A stretch of 63,820 bases of DNA, counting the filler, from Octopus bimaculoides (Eukaryota), in NCBI RefSeq assembly GCF_001194135.2. It is 5 parts of 4 records of this genome, joined end to end, with 100 filler letters (N's around TTAATTAATTAA, not from the genome) between each part and the next. Parts side by side here need not be neighbours in the genome. Positions count along the whole stretch, not along the records: positions 45,047 to 53,024 come from NC_068985.1; positions 53,125 to 63,820 come from NC_068982.1; 3 more parts are not named here. One strand, given 5' to 3'. A program made the position numbers and the translations under genes. Positions 48,891 through 62,125 of the stretch are shown here, piece after piece. The notes below the pieces were generated by a model. The model did not search any database. It saw only the letters and a list, made by a program, of their open reading frames with translations, and was not told the DNA's origin. Position 1 is the stretch's first letter. Every line of letters begins with the position of its first letter.

Positions 48891-49409
48891 TTCACTTCCA
48901 CTGTACAGTGCCAGGGGTAAGTGCCTTTTCCTTTAGCCCTGCTAGACTAAAATGTTTTATGAGTGAATTTGGCGTAAACGGAAGCTGTGAAGAAGTCCCG
49001 CATATATATTACACTTATTTGATTTATTAATCACTGGTATCGTAAATAGCTGGCGGATTGGGTAAAAATTCATTATTAGGGACTGAAGCAATGTTAGTTC
49101 CAAATAGCATTCTGTACATCTTACTTAACGCGGCTACAGTATTGAGAGCCACACAGCTGCAGTGTTTCTCGAGAAAAAGCATCTCGTATAGATATATAGT
49201 GCTAAAAAGTACAGCACAGATGAGTATCAGTAGCAGTTGACAAACGCCTACAAGCAGTGGTGGAATTGCAAAGGATTTGAACTCGATACATAAAACGCCG
49301 GAGAGACGATGTTGAGTATTTTGTCCGACGTGCAAAGGAACCTGGTAACTTGCCACCTTACTTTTCCACATTGTAAATCAGGAGTTCTCAACTATTTTTT
49401 TTTATCTAT

Positions 49410-49575
49410 AGGCGCAGGAGTGGGTGTGTGGTAAGTAGCTTGCTTACCAACCACATGTTTCCGTGTTCAGTCCGACTGCATAGCATCTTGGGCAAGTGTC
49501 TTCTACTATAGCCTCGGGCCGACCAAAGCCTTGTGAGTGGATTTGGTAGACGGAAACTGAAAGAAGCCCGTCGTA
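49410..49575 (+). mobile_element. SINE 'GGCAAGTGTCTTCT' family 5' half, running into (TA)n and a gap
   Basis: GGCGCAGGAGTGGGTGTGTGGTAAG head and GGCAAGTGTCTTCTACTATAGCCTCGGGCCGACC core. Confidence 0.85.
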
Positions 49576-50249
49576 TATATATATATATATATATNNNNNN
49601 NNNNNNNNNNNNNNNNNNNNNNNNNNNNNNNNNNNNNNNNNNNNNNNNNNNNNNNNNNNNNNNNNNNNNNNNNNNNNNNNNNNNNNNNNNNNNNNNNNNN
49701 NNNNNNNNNNNNNNNNNNNNNNNNNNNNNNNNNNNNNNNNNNNNNNNNNNNNNNNNNNNNNNNNNNNNNNNNNNNNNNNNNNNNNNNNNNNNNNNNNNNN
49801 NNNNNNNNNNNNNNNNNNNNNNNNNNNNNNNNNNNNNNNNNNNNNNNNNNNNNNNNNNNNNNNNNNNNNNNNNNNNNNNNNNNNNNNNNNNNNNNNNNNN
49901 NNNNNNNNNNNNNNNNNNNNNNNNNNNNNNNNNNNNNNNNNNNNNNNNNNNNNNNNNNNNNNNNNNNNNNNNNNNNNNNNNNNNNNNNNNNNNNNNNNNN
50001 NNNNNNNNNNNNNNNNNNNNNNNNNNNNNNNNNNNNNNNNNNNNNNNNNNNNNNNNNNNNNNNNNNNNNNNNNNNNNNNNNNNNNNNNNNNNNNNNNNNN
50101 NNNNNNNNNNNNNNNNNNNNNNNNNNNNNNNNNNNNNNNNNNNNNNNNNNNNNNNNNNNNNNNNNNNNNNNNNNNNNNNNNNNNNNNNNNNNNNNNNNNN
50201 NNNNNNNNNNNNNNNNNNNNNNNNNNNNNNNNNNNNNNNNNNNNNNNNN

Positions 50250-50535
50250 CAAGGTAATCGACTTTCACTATCCCCCGAAACTTCTGGCCTTGTGCTAAAT
50301 TTTGAAACCATTATTATTATTGTAAGGCAGCGAGCTGGCAGAGTCGTTAACACGCAGGGCAAAATGTTTAGTGGCATTTCGTCCCTCTTCACGTTCTGAG
50401 TTCAAATTCCACCGAGGTCGATTTTACCTTTCATCCTTTTTGGGTCGATAAAATAAGTACTATCTGAGCACTGGAGTCGACATAATCGACTTACTCCCTC
50501 CCCCAAAATTGCTGGCCTTGTGTCAGAATTTGAAA
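50250..50535 (+). mobile_element. Tandem SINE copies ('GGCGAGCTGGCAGAA' family, C-type tail)
   Basis: Tail TGGCCTTGTG..AATTTTGAAAC, an (ATT)n linker, then a complete second monomer. Confidence 0.75.
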
Positions 50536-50559
50536 CTAATATATCGCATACATAGCTAA

Positions 50560-51110
50560 GGCTCGAATGAGGCCCGTAAAGGAGTAATGCAGCCAATCCA
50601 AGGCGGTGTTACTACTGCAGAAAATGAGATTCTGGATTGTATCCAGAGAAGGGTCACTCGACTGTTTGTTACTGAACCATAAACGGGTTCATTTCAGTTT
50701 CTGACCCACAGGCGTGCTGTGAATAGTCCGTTAAACCTATTTGAGTAAGATATAAGTTGTAGTATGTTGTTACCTAGGTGAAATGTGTGTGTGTGTGTGT
50801 GTGTATGAGCGTGTGTTACATTGGCTGTACCCTTTCTAAACAACAGAGCTCGTGACCTTTGCAAAGCCTTCAAGACTGGTGAACTTGTCTTTTCTATTGT
50901 TACCATACTAGTCTCCGTTCTCCGAAATTGGATGCGCTTGTACCTCACTCGATTCTCTGTTCTTTCCACATCGTGTCCAATTGCATCAGCCCTGCCCTAG
51001 CCATTATGCCGAATCCATTTTCCCCAGAATATCAGCCTCCTGGAATCTCCTTCCCGTGCATGTCTTTCGCATAGATGTTGACTAGCAATCGCTTAAAAGG
51101 AACATCAGCG
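50560..51110 (+). mobile_element. CR1/L2-like LINE 3' remnant
   Basis: LDCIQRRVTRLF, FLTHRRAVNS and HYAESIFPRISASWNLLPVHVF (WNxLP motif) remnants; interrupted by a (TG)n tract. Confidence 0.55.
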
Positions 51111-51389
51111 GCATCAGATTCACCAGTATTGGAGGCTCTGCAAAAGTCACGAGATCTACCTTTTCTTTCAGAAGGAGTACAGCCAGTATAATACACACGC
51201 ACGCGCACGCACACATACACACACGCACACATTTCACTCCCGTCACAATAGACCTCGCATACATCGTACATAGATATACCTCACAGACCACATATTGACC
51301 TTATACATCCATGCTACACCCACAAACTTAGTACATAACACATACATACAAGCTTAGCCGCTAGATTCACAAACGTCTCACACACACAC

Positions 51390-51420
<31 letters not shown>

Positions 51421-52463
51421 TACACACACACGCACACAAACACACACACACACACATACACATACACACACTCACAGACACACTCACCCATTCTTGATAT
51501 TCTCTCCACAAACATCTATAACTATCGCGGGTGTTACGTTCCAAAATCCTCAAACAGAAATAATTAAAATCTAAAAAAAAACAAACATATCAGAAGTTTC
51601 TTACCACACAGCCACTCTTACGCCTATATATATATATATGTATAATATTTNNNNNNNNNNNNNNNNNNNNNNNNNNNNNNNNNNNNNNNNNNNNNNNNNN
51701 NNNNNNNNNNNNNNNNNNNNNNNNNNNNNNNNNNNNNNNNNNNNNNNNNNNNNNNNNNNNNNNNNNNNNNNNNNNNNNNNNNNNNNNNNNNNNNNNNNNN
51801 NNNNNNNNNNNNNAATATATGAGTATATGCATATATATGTACATGTATGTACATACCTTCATCTACATGTACATATAGATACATATCTGGGAACATTACG
51901 TTGCAAAAGGACATGGACAAAATGATAAACAAGGTACAACAAACAAGCAGGCCACATAGAGAACGTATCCTTCATCAGCTGCCACCATTAAAACACCGGC
52001 GTTTCGAAGAGTTAGGGCAGGACGCATATATATATGTAAGTGTGTGTGCATGTGTGTGTGTGTATAATATTTGCATATTTCCAGAGCTTAATAATAAAAT
52101 AACAGAAATGATTATCAGTTACTCACAAACTATAAAATGCGTTTCATCATTCACCCTTTTTTCCATGCAAAAATTACCAGTATTTTGGAAAGACATGAGC
52201 GGGAAAGAATATTGAACATGGCGGTGGTTTGGACATTATTACTGAAAAATAATAGCCTGATTGATCCAATCTTATTCCAGTTCTTGAAGTCTTTGAGAAA
52301 TTTAATAACACCAAGCAGTAGCAGCAGATATTTTCTTTACTTGATCGGAGCTGATGAAACGAGATACTTGCTTAAAAATTCTCATATGTGGACATGAAAC
52401 GAACACTCCCGGCCAATAACGTTCCGATGAGCAGATATTATTAAATCAACTAACAGACTACTG

Positions 52464-52524
<61 letters not shown>

Positions 52525-53124
52525 CACTACTACTACTACTACTACTCGAATAAGAATAGTGGCAGTAGTATTTGTAGCAGCAATAAACATAGCAATGAAA
52601 ACATAAATAATAATAATAATAATGATAATAACAACAACAACAACAACAGCAGCAGTAATAATAATGATATAGCGAGGCCAGTAATAATAGTGTCGCATCA
52701 ATAATGCTGGTAGTGGCGGCAGCGTTAATAGAAGTTAAAATTAACGATAATGGTGAGGTGATGGTGAGATGATGATGATGATGAGGAGGAGGTGGAGGAG
52801 GAGAATGGCGATGATAAGACCAATCTCTTGTAAACCAGCAGCTATAGCGATGACTTACCTAAGTCGTAACACAACGACTTATGTATCACCAACGCAGCTC
52901 TCGTCGTCATCATCATCATCACCACCAGCACCACCATAACCACCACCACCACCACCACTATCATGACCACCACCACCACCAGTTCCACCACCACCACCAC
53001 CATAACCACCACCACCACCACCACNNNNNNNNNNNNNNNNNNNNNNNNNNNNNNNNNNNNNNNNNNNNTTAATTAATTAANNNNNNNNNNNNNNNNNNNN
53101 NNNNNNNNNNNNNNNNNNNNNNNN

Positions 53125-53163
<39 letters not shown>

Positions 53164-53549
53164 CATATATATATGTAAGTATGTATTTAAATATATGTAT
53201 GTGTCTATGTACGCAAGTATATATGTACGCATGTTTGTAAGTATGTATGTATGGTTGTGTGTGTGTGTGTATAAATCTATCACATGGTGAAAAACTATGG
53301 TGGTGATTGAGTGGGACGCCATTAAATGAAATAAACTCGACGGCATGGTTTGACTTTATTATTTACTGCTTGTTTACTGCAGCATAAAACACACGAACAC
53401 ACGAGCGCATATTTATATATTATACATACATACATACATACATACATACATACAACCCAAAGATGGAGCCTTGTATCTTTGTTGGAAACCGGCTCCTTCC
53501 TCAGTGGAAGAGTTATAACAATTAAAAAATAGAAGATACATATATATAT

Positions 53550-54290
53550 ACACAGTGCAGTGAATAAACTGTCGTCTAAATTACACAAAAATGAAAATCA
53601 CACTGACATCTCGTTTTAACAGATATATTTACCAAAATTACATAAAAATATTTGGAAATACTAAAGAGTAAATGTATTCAAAAGAATCGCCATGGGCTTC
53701 GACCATGGCTTCCAGACGACTTCAGAATCTCTTGCAACTCTTCTGGAGGGTCTCCTTGTTTAAGTTGGTGAATGCTGCCATAATCCTTACCTTCAGTTCA
53801 TCTTTGGTGTTAAAAGGTGTTTTGTTGGTTTCTTGCTCAACTACGCCCCACATAATAATCAAGTGGGTTTCAGTCTGGGGAGTTAGGTGGCCAGATGTTA
53901 GGGGTGATGCGGTCGTAGAAATTGCCTGACAGCCATGACTAGGTTCCTCTGGTAGTGTGGCATGGTGCAGAGTCCTGTTGCCAGACATAGGGTCTTCCAG
54001 CAGCCACCCTCTTCACCCAGAGCAGCACTACCTCCTCCAGGCACTGGATGTAGGACTCTGTGTTGAGTCTGAGGTCGTGTGAGAAGATGAATGGAGGCAT
54101 AACGTCACTAGTAATCAGTCAGAACCCCCTGATGTTGACTGGATGTTTGATTTTTATCATTCTCGGTACATGTCCTCAGATTGAACCTCCTTCAGATTTG
54201 TTACCAAACATTCTGAAAATGTTCGTATTGGAACTTCCGGCGCAAATGTAAAAATATTTTTCAAACTCTCAAAATTCTCGGACCCCGATT
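53550..54290 (-). mobile_element. DD37D (maT-like) element, same family as 16969-17580
   Basis: Collinear with 16969-17580; encodes WGVVEQETNKTPFNTKDELKVRIMAAFTNLNKETLQKSCKRF. Confidence 0.8.
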
Positions 54291-54358
54291 AACTCCTGCC
54301 GTATTCTGAGCTAACAGTAATGTACACTAGAAGACTACTATTACTACTGCTGCTGCTT

Positions 54359-54434
<76 letters not shown>

Positions 54435-55121
54435 GTTTGACGTACTGGAAAAGAAACGAAATATTTACAGCTACGGCTTACACAAGAAGTTAAAAATTAT
54501 CGGCGGATATTGTATGGAAAAATTAGCTTTGTAATTCATTCTTTCCAGCGACGTTAAAATATAAACCAGTCAATTTCTGGGTTCGATATAAATCGAACAT
54601 TCCCCTCCCCTCAAATCTATACTCTTGTTTCTGTTGGAAATTATTTGTTCCGTCAGCCACATAAAAGAATTCGAAACGTCTTTAACTGGAAAACGAAATT
54701 ATTTCGTGGACTTTGCTCATTAAAAGCTTGCCGGCACACCCCTCTTTCTCGTCCATTCGACCATTCGCCTTCCACGCAACACAGCTATTTGTAAGTGACG
54801 ATGGCAAGTATTCCTGCAACCTTTACATAGCATTGATACTTCTGTCCGTCCCCCGCCAACATCGCGCTTTCTATTTTAGTTTCTCATTGTGACTTGTCAA
54901 CTTCATAAGTAAATAATTTATCTGTTGACATAAAGCCAAACGTGCTGGATGAGCAGAGTAATTTATCCCTGACTGTGTGAGCAGTACGGACAAGCAACAA
55001 GTTTAGCGTTTGTGCCAAGCCACTCCGGAATCCGTTTCTGATTATGATGGTTTGCAGTTATTAAATCAGCTTTAATTACTTTGATCTGGCATATAGCTTC
55101 AGAATCTATGATAAGAACAAG

Positions 55122-55130
<9 letters not shown>

Positions 55131-55190
<60 letters not shown>
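55131..55190. repeat. (GA)30 microsatellite
   Basis: Direct reading; one of many microsatellites in the window. Confidence 0.95.
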
Positions 55191-55195
<5 letters not shown>

Positions 55196-55847
55196 GAGAA
55201 AGAAAAGGGTTTAGAAGAAAATGAAAGTAAGGAAGAAAGAAGAAGCGTTGGGAGAAAGAGGTGAGCGTAGAGCGAAAAAGGAGGAAATTTTGTAGTAATA
55301 GATGTACGCGAAGAAGAGAGCCAATCAGATCAATTGATGCTGTAGGTTGTAGTCCACCACCCTCGCATCATTTTGTTAAGGAACGTGGTTTATAATAACT
55401 TCAACTAATTTACGTCATTTTTATTGCCCTCTCTGTCTCCCTCCCCCTCTCTCTCTTTCTCTACCTATCTCTTGGTCCGTCTCTCAGTCTATCTTCGTCA
55501 TTCTACCTTCATACGCACCTTTTTCAAAGAAAATGTGGACAGAGATTTCGAGATTTCGATTTGTTCACATTCATTAATAATCTGATTGAAAACAAGCAAG
55601 CAAGCCGAAGCTTCTAAGTTACTGTCAGTCTTTTCCTCGTAAAAGTTTAAGAAATATGCATTCTATATGAGAATATTGAGCAACATCTCTGTTTAATATT
55701 ATATATCAAGTTATATATAAATAGCAAAGACAAATTAACATACGCGCAGGCGTGCACACACACACTTATATACATATGTATGTGTGTGTGCGTTTATGTT
55801 TTCGTACCTATTCTCTCTCTCACGCCTGCTAACATGTATTAAACAAC

Positions 55848-55937
<90 letters not shown>

Positions 55938-55962
55938 GTCTGTCTGTCTGTCTGTCTGTCTG

Positions 55963-56002
<40 letters not shown>

Positions 56003-56581
56003 AACTATTCTTCATATCTCCCCTTCTTTCATTCTTTCCCCATATATTACATTCCATTATATAACAGACCCACAACTTTGTCGAATCTTCAGATTGCGGA
56101 ACCTGTCCCCCTCTTAAAAAAAAATGCCGTTGATTCTTATCCTGTCACTAATCGGAGACTCCCTTCGATCACGAATGACCATGGGATTGCACCTAGAAAG
56201 TTACCCTCCGTGGCACAAGTCCGGGCAAGGTTGTTTATGGAAAACCAGAAGTCGCCCATGCATACCAGCCTCCCCTCTCCACGCCACCGTTGTTATCCAA
56301 GGGAAAGTCGCCCGTCACTATTGCAATACTGTGTAATGTATCTGGCCTATGACTAACACTCGTAAACCACAATGGTTCACTTCTTACAGGCAGTAATTAA
56401 CTACCGTAGAGGGAACAAAAAATTCGGTGTAAACACCAGAGGAGTAGTAGCATAGACGACAATTGTTTTATTACTTCACGCATATCAGCTGTGGCGTTTC
56501 CTAAGCCCAAAGAAGAGCTGAGCTAAAGTTCATCAGTGGACTAGAGGGGATATTTTAAAAATTTCATATATTCTTTTCTAC

Positions 56582-57305
56582 TACGAAATACCGCTAAGCA
56601 TTTCGCCCGGCGTGCTAACGTTTCTGCCAGCTCGCTGCCTTTGGTTAGTAAAATATTCTTTTCTACTCTAGGTACAAGGCCTGAAATTTTTGGGGAGCGG
56701 GCCAGTCGATTAAATTGACCCCAGTACGGAACTGGTACTTAATTTATTGCACCCGAAAGGATAAAAGTCAAAGTCGACCTCAGAGAAATTTCAACTCAGA
56801 ACGTAAAGACAGACGTAATACCGCTAAGCATTTCGCCCGGTGTGCTAATGTTTTTTTATTTCTTTACTGCCCACAAGGTGCTACACACAGAGGAGACAAA
56901 CAAGGACAGACAAACAGATTAAGTCGATTATATCGATCCCAGTGCGTAACTGGTACTTATTTAATCGACCCCGAAAGGATGAAAGGCAAAGTCGACCTCG
57001 GCGGAATTTGAACTCAGAACGTAACAGCAGACAAAATACCGCTAAGCATTTCGCCCGGCGTGCTAACGTTTCTGCCAGCTCGCTGCTTTTGGTTAGTAAA
57101 ATATTCTTTTCTACTCTAGGCACAGGGCCCGAAATTTTTGGGGAGGGGGCCAGTCGATTAGATCGACCCCAGTACGGAACTAGTACTTAATTTATCGACC
57201 CCGAAAAGTAAAGTCAACCTCGGCAGAATTTGTACACAGAACGTAAAGACAGACGAAATACTGCTAAGTATTTCGCCCAGCATACTAACGTTTCTGCCAG
57301 CTCGC
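56582..57305 (-). mobile_element. SINE array including a B+A dimer and a local duplication
   Basis: A-tail unit 56652-56850 joined to B-tail unit 56850-57085. Linker TTGGTTAGTAAAATATTCTTTTCTACTCTAGG occurs twice (~56641 and ~57089). Confidence 0.85.
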
Positions 57306-59060
57306 AATCCTTCAAATTTCATATATCATATATTTACATTCGACCTGCTGTTCAAGAACTTGAAAATACGAGGCAATTTTTGCCTCTATTTTTATTAATG
57401 AGACAAAAACATGGTTTACTTCTCTGCAACTCCTCTTTCTTCGTAGAGTGTTGGACATACATAAAAATTTAGAAACCCTGTCGAATTAATTAAACTTGTC
57501 AATTTGTGTACCCATTTTTAAATCTCCAGATATCTCTTGATGGTGACAAAGCTATCATGTGTCTCAACGTATCACCCTTAAGTTTATGCTCTTCACCTCA
57601 GCGGGACAGAGGGGACTGAATTAGCCGATGCCTTTCAAAGGGTTCCGTTACGGCATCTTCTTATACGCAAACACCTCCAACTGGTCTCAGCTGTCATGGT
57701 TATCTCATTGGTGATGTTCTTGAACATAGATAAATAATAAGTAAAAAGTAACTTGCGATGGAGTAAGAGCATTTCCTAAACAGTAGGTCCGGGAACTGGT
57801 TTTGAGTGGATAAAGGTACACAACACTGATCCAAGCCTTTACCACAATCAGCTATAAAACCAGCGGCACACCAAATGCTGAGACGGTGAGAAACCAACTA
57901 TACTTCAGGTTTATTTATACGGGAGTTTACCTTCTGCTAGAAGAAAGTTCTAACGGAAAGTAGGGGTCTTTCATACATACACACATACTTACATACAACA
58001 TATATAAATTGCATACATACATACATACATACATAGAGCATGTCTAGATTTGCAAATATAAGCATGAGAATACATACATAAAGCAAAACATACAAATCTG
58101 CACCTATACATACATGCATACATACATACATATGTAGCGGTAGCTAGGCATGCTCGTATCAAATCTATTTTTGAGAATATAGTGCAACCATGCAGAGAAG
58201 ATGCAAAATCTTGAATCTGTAGTATAGGATACTTATCTGGAATGGTAGTAGGGTTGAGTCGTCTATAATTTCCAGCAGGTCTAAAATCACCACATTTCTT
58301 TTCACTAAATAGAGTTGTGATGACCAGTTAAATGTCTGTTAAATTCTTGGACCAATGCACATGTCTACCGCTTTTGGTAGCTGGACGAATTTTTTTTTCT
58401 GCAAAAAGTTCTAAAGTTGGTCGCATATATTTCTGCATATATATCACGTCGGGGTCGCCAATTTATGTTGTGGGAATATATATTCAGTACCAGGTGTTGA
58501 TGTGGCTGCGTTTATATTATTACAGGAATTCATAGAGAGATGAAGAATAAATTCAAGACCTATATATTTACTACATAAAAATATATTTTATTTACTGGTC
58601 GATGATGATACATAGAATCAAAATGTAGAATCTAGTTGAAAGAATTAACCTATGCAAGAAGGTTCAGAGATAGAAAATGTAGAAATAACGGCTAAGTGGT
58701 GGTTTTCAGTCATGTGGTGTAGAGAAATAGACAGACATAGCAATGACGTGAATGGTTCTAAGTCTAAACGACTAAGAAGCGAAAAGCAGGGTTAGCAAGA
58801 TGTTTTCATTAATGGAACGCTAGACATTCTAGAAACTTCCAAGAAGAAATGCTAAGCTTGTTGAATAATTAAGAATCCCGTTTCATGACACAGATGTTTC
58901 GAGAAACTTAGAAAGGGAGGTTACTCTATAATCTTCCTTGCCAGGGAGATGATTCAACTATGTACGTGGTACCATGGGTAAGTGTCTTCTACTGTAGCCA
59001 CAGACCGATCAAGGCCTTGTGAGTAGATGTGGTCGGCGGACACTGAATGGCGTCCGTCAT

Positions 59061-59129
<69 letters not shown>

Positions 59130-59277
59130 TTAGGGATAAATAAATATATATAGGAGGAAAGTAAGAAGAAAAATAAGAAAGTAAGAAGAAAAATATTTTT
59201 CTCCTTACTTTCCCCCTTACATTTCAACGTGCATATATATGTTCATATATGCACGCACACACACTCACACATACATG

Positions 59278-59314
<37 letters not shown>

Positions 59315-60059
59315 CCACACACACACACATATATATAATATACTTGCATACACATAACCATCAAGCTTTTGAACTGTTCTCTCTACCAAATTCCACCTAC
59401 AAAGCTGTGGTCTGTCTTGGTAGAAGTCCCAGTGCGTTAATGCTTCTGTGCTAATAGAGAAAGCAAGCAGTAGACTTCCTTCTACCTGACAACATGAGCT
59501 ACAAAGAGAGTAGTGTAGGCACTTACAAATTCCGTCAATTCTATTCTCTTTGATTCGTTATCAGTCATTTTAAATACTTTCAGACTCTTACTGTATCCTT
59601 GTAGTTAAAACGTTTTACTGCGATTTCCAATTCCGTTGAATATTTCCAGTCACTATCAATATTTCTCAGTCCTAATCAATCCTGTCTTTAATGGATGTGT
59701 CTAATCGTTAATTAGGCGAAATTAAGCAATTAAGTCTGTTCATAGCATCTGTGTGAGATAAGAACGATGACGTTGAAATGTCTTCCTAATCTACTGAGAT
59801 AAACGTCTGGTGATAAATGCTTGCATATAATAAATGTTAACGTTGAATTGACTCTTTACAAAAGTAGCGATCACAGAGAAGCTAAATCAGAATTAAAACT
59901 TGATTCCTTTAGAAATCCCGAGTGAGATAATTTGGGATTCTATTGGACTAATTATTGGTGTTACTTCTTTTTTTCTTCAAGACCTTTTAATATGCCCAAG
60001 TTTGGTATGACTGATTAACTACAACACTGACTATTATTGCGTCTCATTATACCGAACCT

Positions 60060-60935
60060 ATTCGTTGGCATGCCGGATAAAATACTTAACGGCATTTCGT
60101 TCGTCTTCACGTCCTGAGTTCAAACTTACCGAGGTCGACTTTGCCTTTCGTCCTTTCGCGATCGATAAAACAAGTAGCAGTTCAGCACTGAGATCACTAT
60201 AGTGGACTTGCCCTCTCCTTCGAGAGTTGTTACCCTTGAGTCAAAATTGGGAAATCAGTATTATTGAGTATTATTATGGTTAACCTGATCGTTAGGACGC
60301 CGGACAAACTGTTTAGCGGCATTTCGTTCCTCTTTACTTTCTTGGTTTAAATTCCGCTGAGGTCGACTTTGCATTTCATCCTTTCGGGATCGATAAAATA
60401 AATATGTGTCAAGCATTGGAGTCGACTTAATCGACTAGCTCCCTTTCTCCAAAATTTCAGGCGTTATGCATGTAATCTTTTCTACTCTAGGCAAAAGGAC
60501 TGAAATTTTGGGGGAGGGAGCCAGTCGATTAGATCGACCTAATTACGCAACTGGTACTTAATTTATCGACCCCGAAACGATGAAAGGCAAAGTCGACCTC
60601 GGTGGAATTTGAACTGAGAACGTAAAGACAGACGAAATAGCGCTAGGCATTTCACCCGGTGTGCTAACGTTTCTTATTTCTTTATTTCCCACAAGGGGCT
60701 AAACATAAAGGGGACAAACAAGGACAGATAAAGGGATTAAGTTGATTACACCGACCCCAGTGCGTAACTTGTACTTAATTTATCGACCTCTAAAGGATGA
60801 AAAGCAAAATAGACCTTGGTGGAATTTGAACTCAGAGCTTAAAGACAGACAAAATATCGCTAAGCATTTCGCCCAGCGTGCTAACGTTTCTGCCAGCTCG
60901 CCGCCTTAGGCGTTGTGCATATAATAGAAAAGATT
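60060..60935. mobile_element. SINE cluster: two plus-strand monomers and a minus-strand B+A dimer (60477-60907) inserted into the tail of the second
   Basis: Near-identical 18-bp TSD AGGCGTT(A/G)TGCAT(G/A)TAAT at 60459-60476 and 60908-60925 brackets the whole dimer. Confidence 0.85.
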
Positions 60936-61169
60936 AAACTGAATCTGAAAGAAAGAATTCGATTAAAATATTGGAAGGATGGCAGAATCATTAGAGCAGC
61001 AGATTAATCAAGTATCTGTATTTAGTTCAACACTTCATGCTGCTGTGTTCGATTTCAAGGAGAGGTCGTTTCGTCATAGATCACTCGATGAAATAAGCAC
61101 CAGACAAGCACTGATTGATCTCATTATCTACATTCTATATTCCCAAACAATTGCAGTGTGGAAGGTGCA

Positions 61170-61725
61170 TTGAAACCGCGACCTGATCCCTGACAAAATT
61201 CTGTGCTGCAATTTTGTCAGTGATGCGGTCGCGGTCTCAAAGCGATGAAAATATTTTGGCAAATTAAATTTAAATGTTGAAGTGTATCTAATGGTTTTTG
61301 TATGTTTTTAAATGGCTTATAAACACCTTCCACGCTGCAATTGTTTTTGTTTCAGCACACGATCTCAGATCAGGTCACTTTCTATGCAAGTACATCTCCG
61401 TAATACCTTCCTAAAGGTTACTTAAATACAGTAAGTGTTAAGAAACACAAAAGAGCTGAGCTGTAGATAGTTTTCAGAAAAATATAATAATAATTACGGA
61501 GATGTACATGCATAGCAAGCGACCTGATCTGAGATCGTGTGCTGGAACGAAAACAATTGCCGCGTAGAAGGTGTTTATAAGCCATTTAAGAAACACACAA
61601 AAACCGTTAGATTCACTTCAACATTTAAATTTAATTTGCCAAAATATTTTCGTCGCTTTGAGACCGCGACGTGTTCCCTGACAAAATTCCATGCTGCATC
61701 TCAAAGCGACGAAAATATGGTAATA
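61170..61725. mobile_element. Foldback/MITE-like element with ~177-bp inverted arms
   Basis: Arms 61228-61404 and 61493-61670 are reverse-complementary with few mismatches, around an 88-bp spacer; partial extra copies on both flanks. Confidence 0.8.
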
Positions 61726-61764
61726 ATATATATTATTAATTATACCATTTGTTACATATATTCT

Positions 61765-62125
<361 letters not shown>

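Noticed and set aside
49121-49137. TACTTAAC...AC as a possible U12 acceptor for the prospero intron
   Set aside because: Imperfect branch site, short spacing, and the downstream frame (SIESHTAAVFLEKKHLV*) is not the homeodomain.
51965-51972. Other U12-like donors GTATCCTT (51965, 59593)
   Set aside because: No upstream exon; one lies inside a repeat. Expected by chance in this much AT-rich sequence.
55064-55088. Partial complementarity to bantam miRNA (AATCAGCTTT...TGATCT)
   Set aside because: Seed match is incomplete, the site is intronic, and no precursor hairpin is evident.
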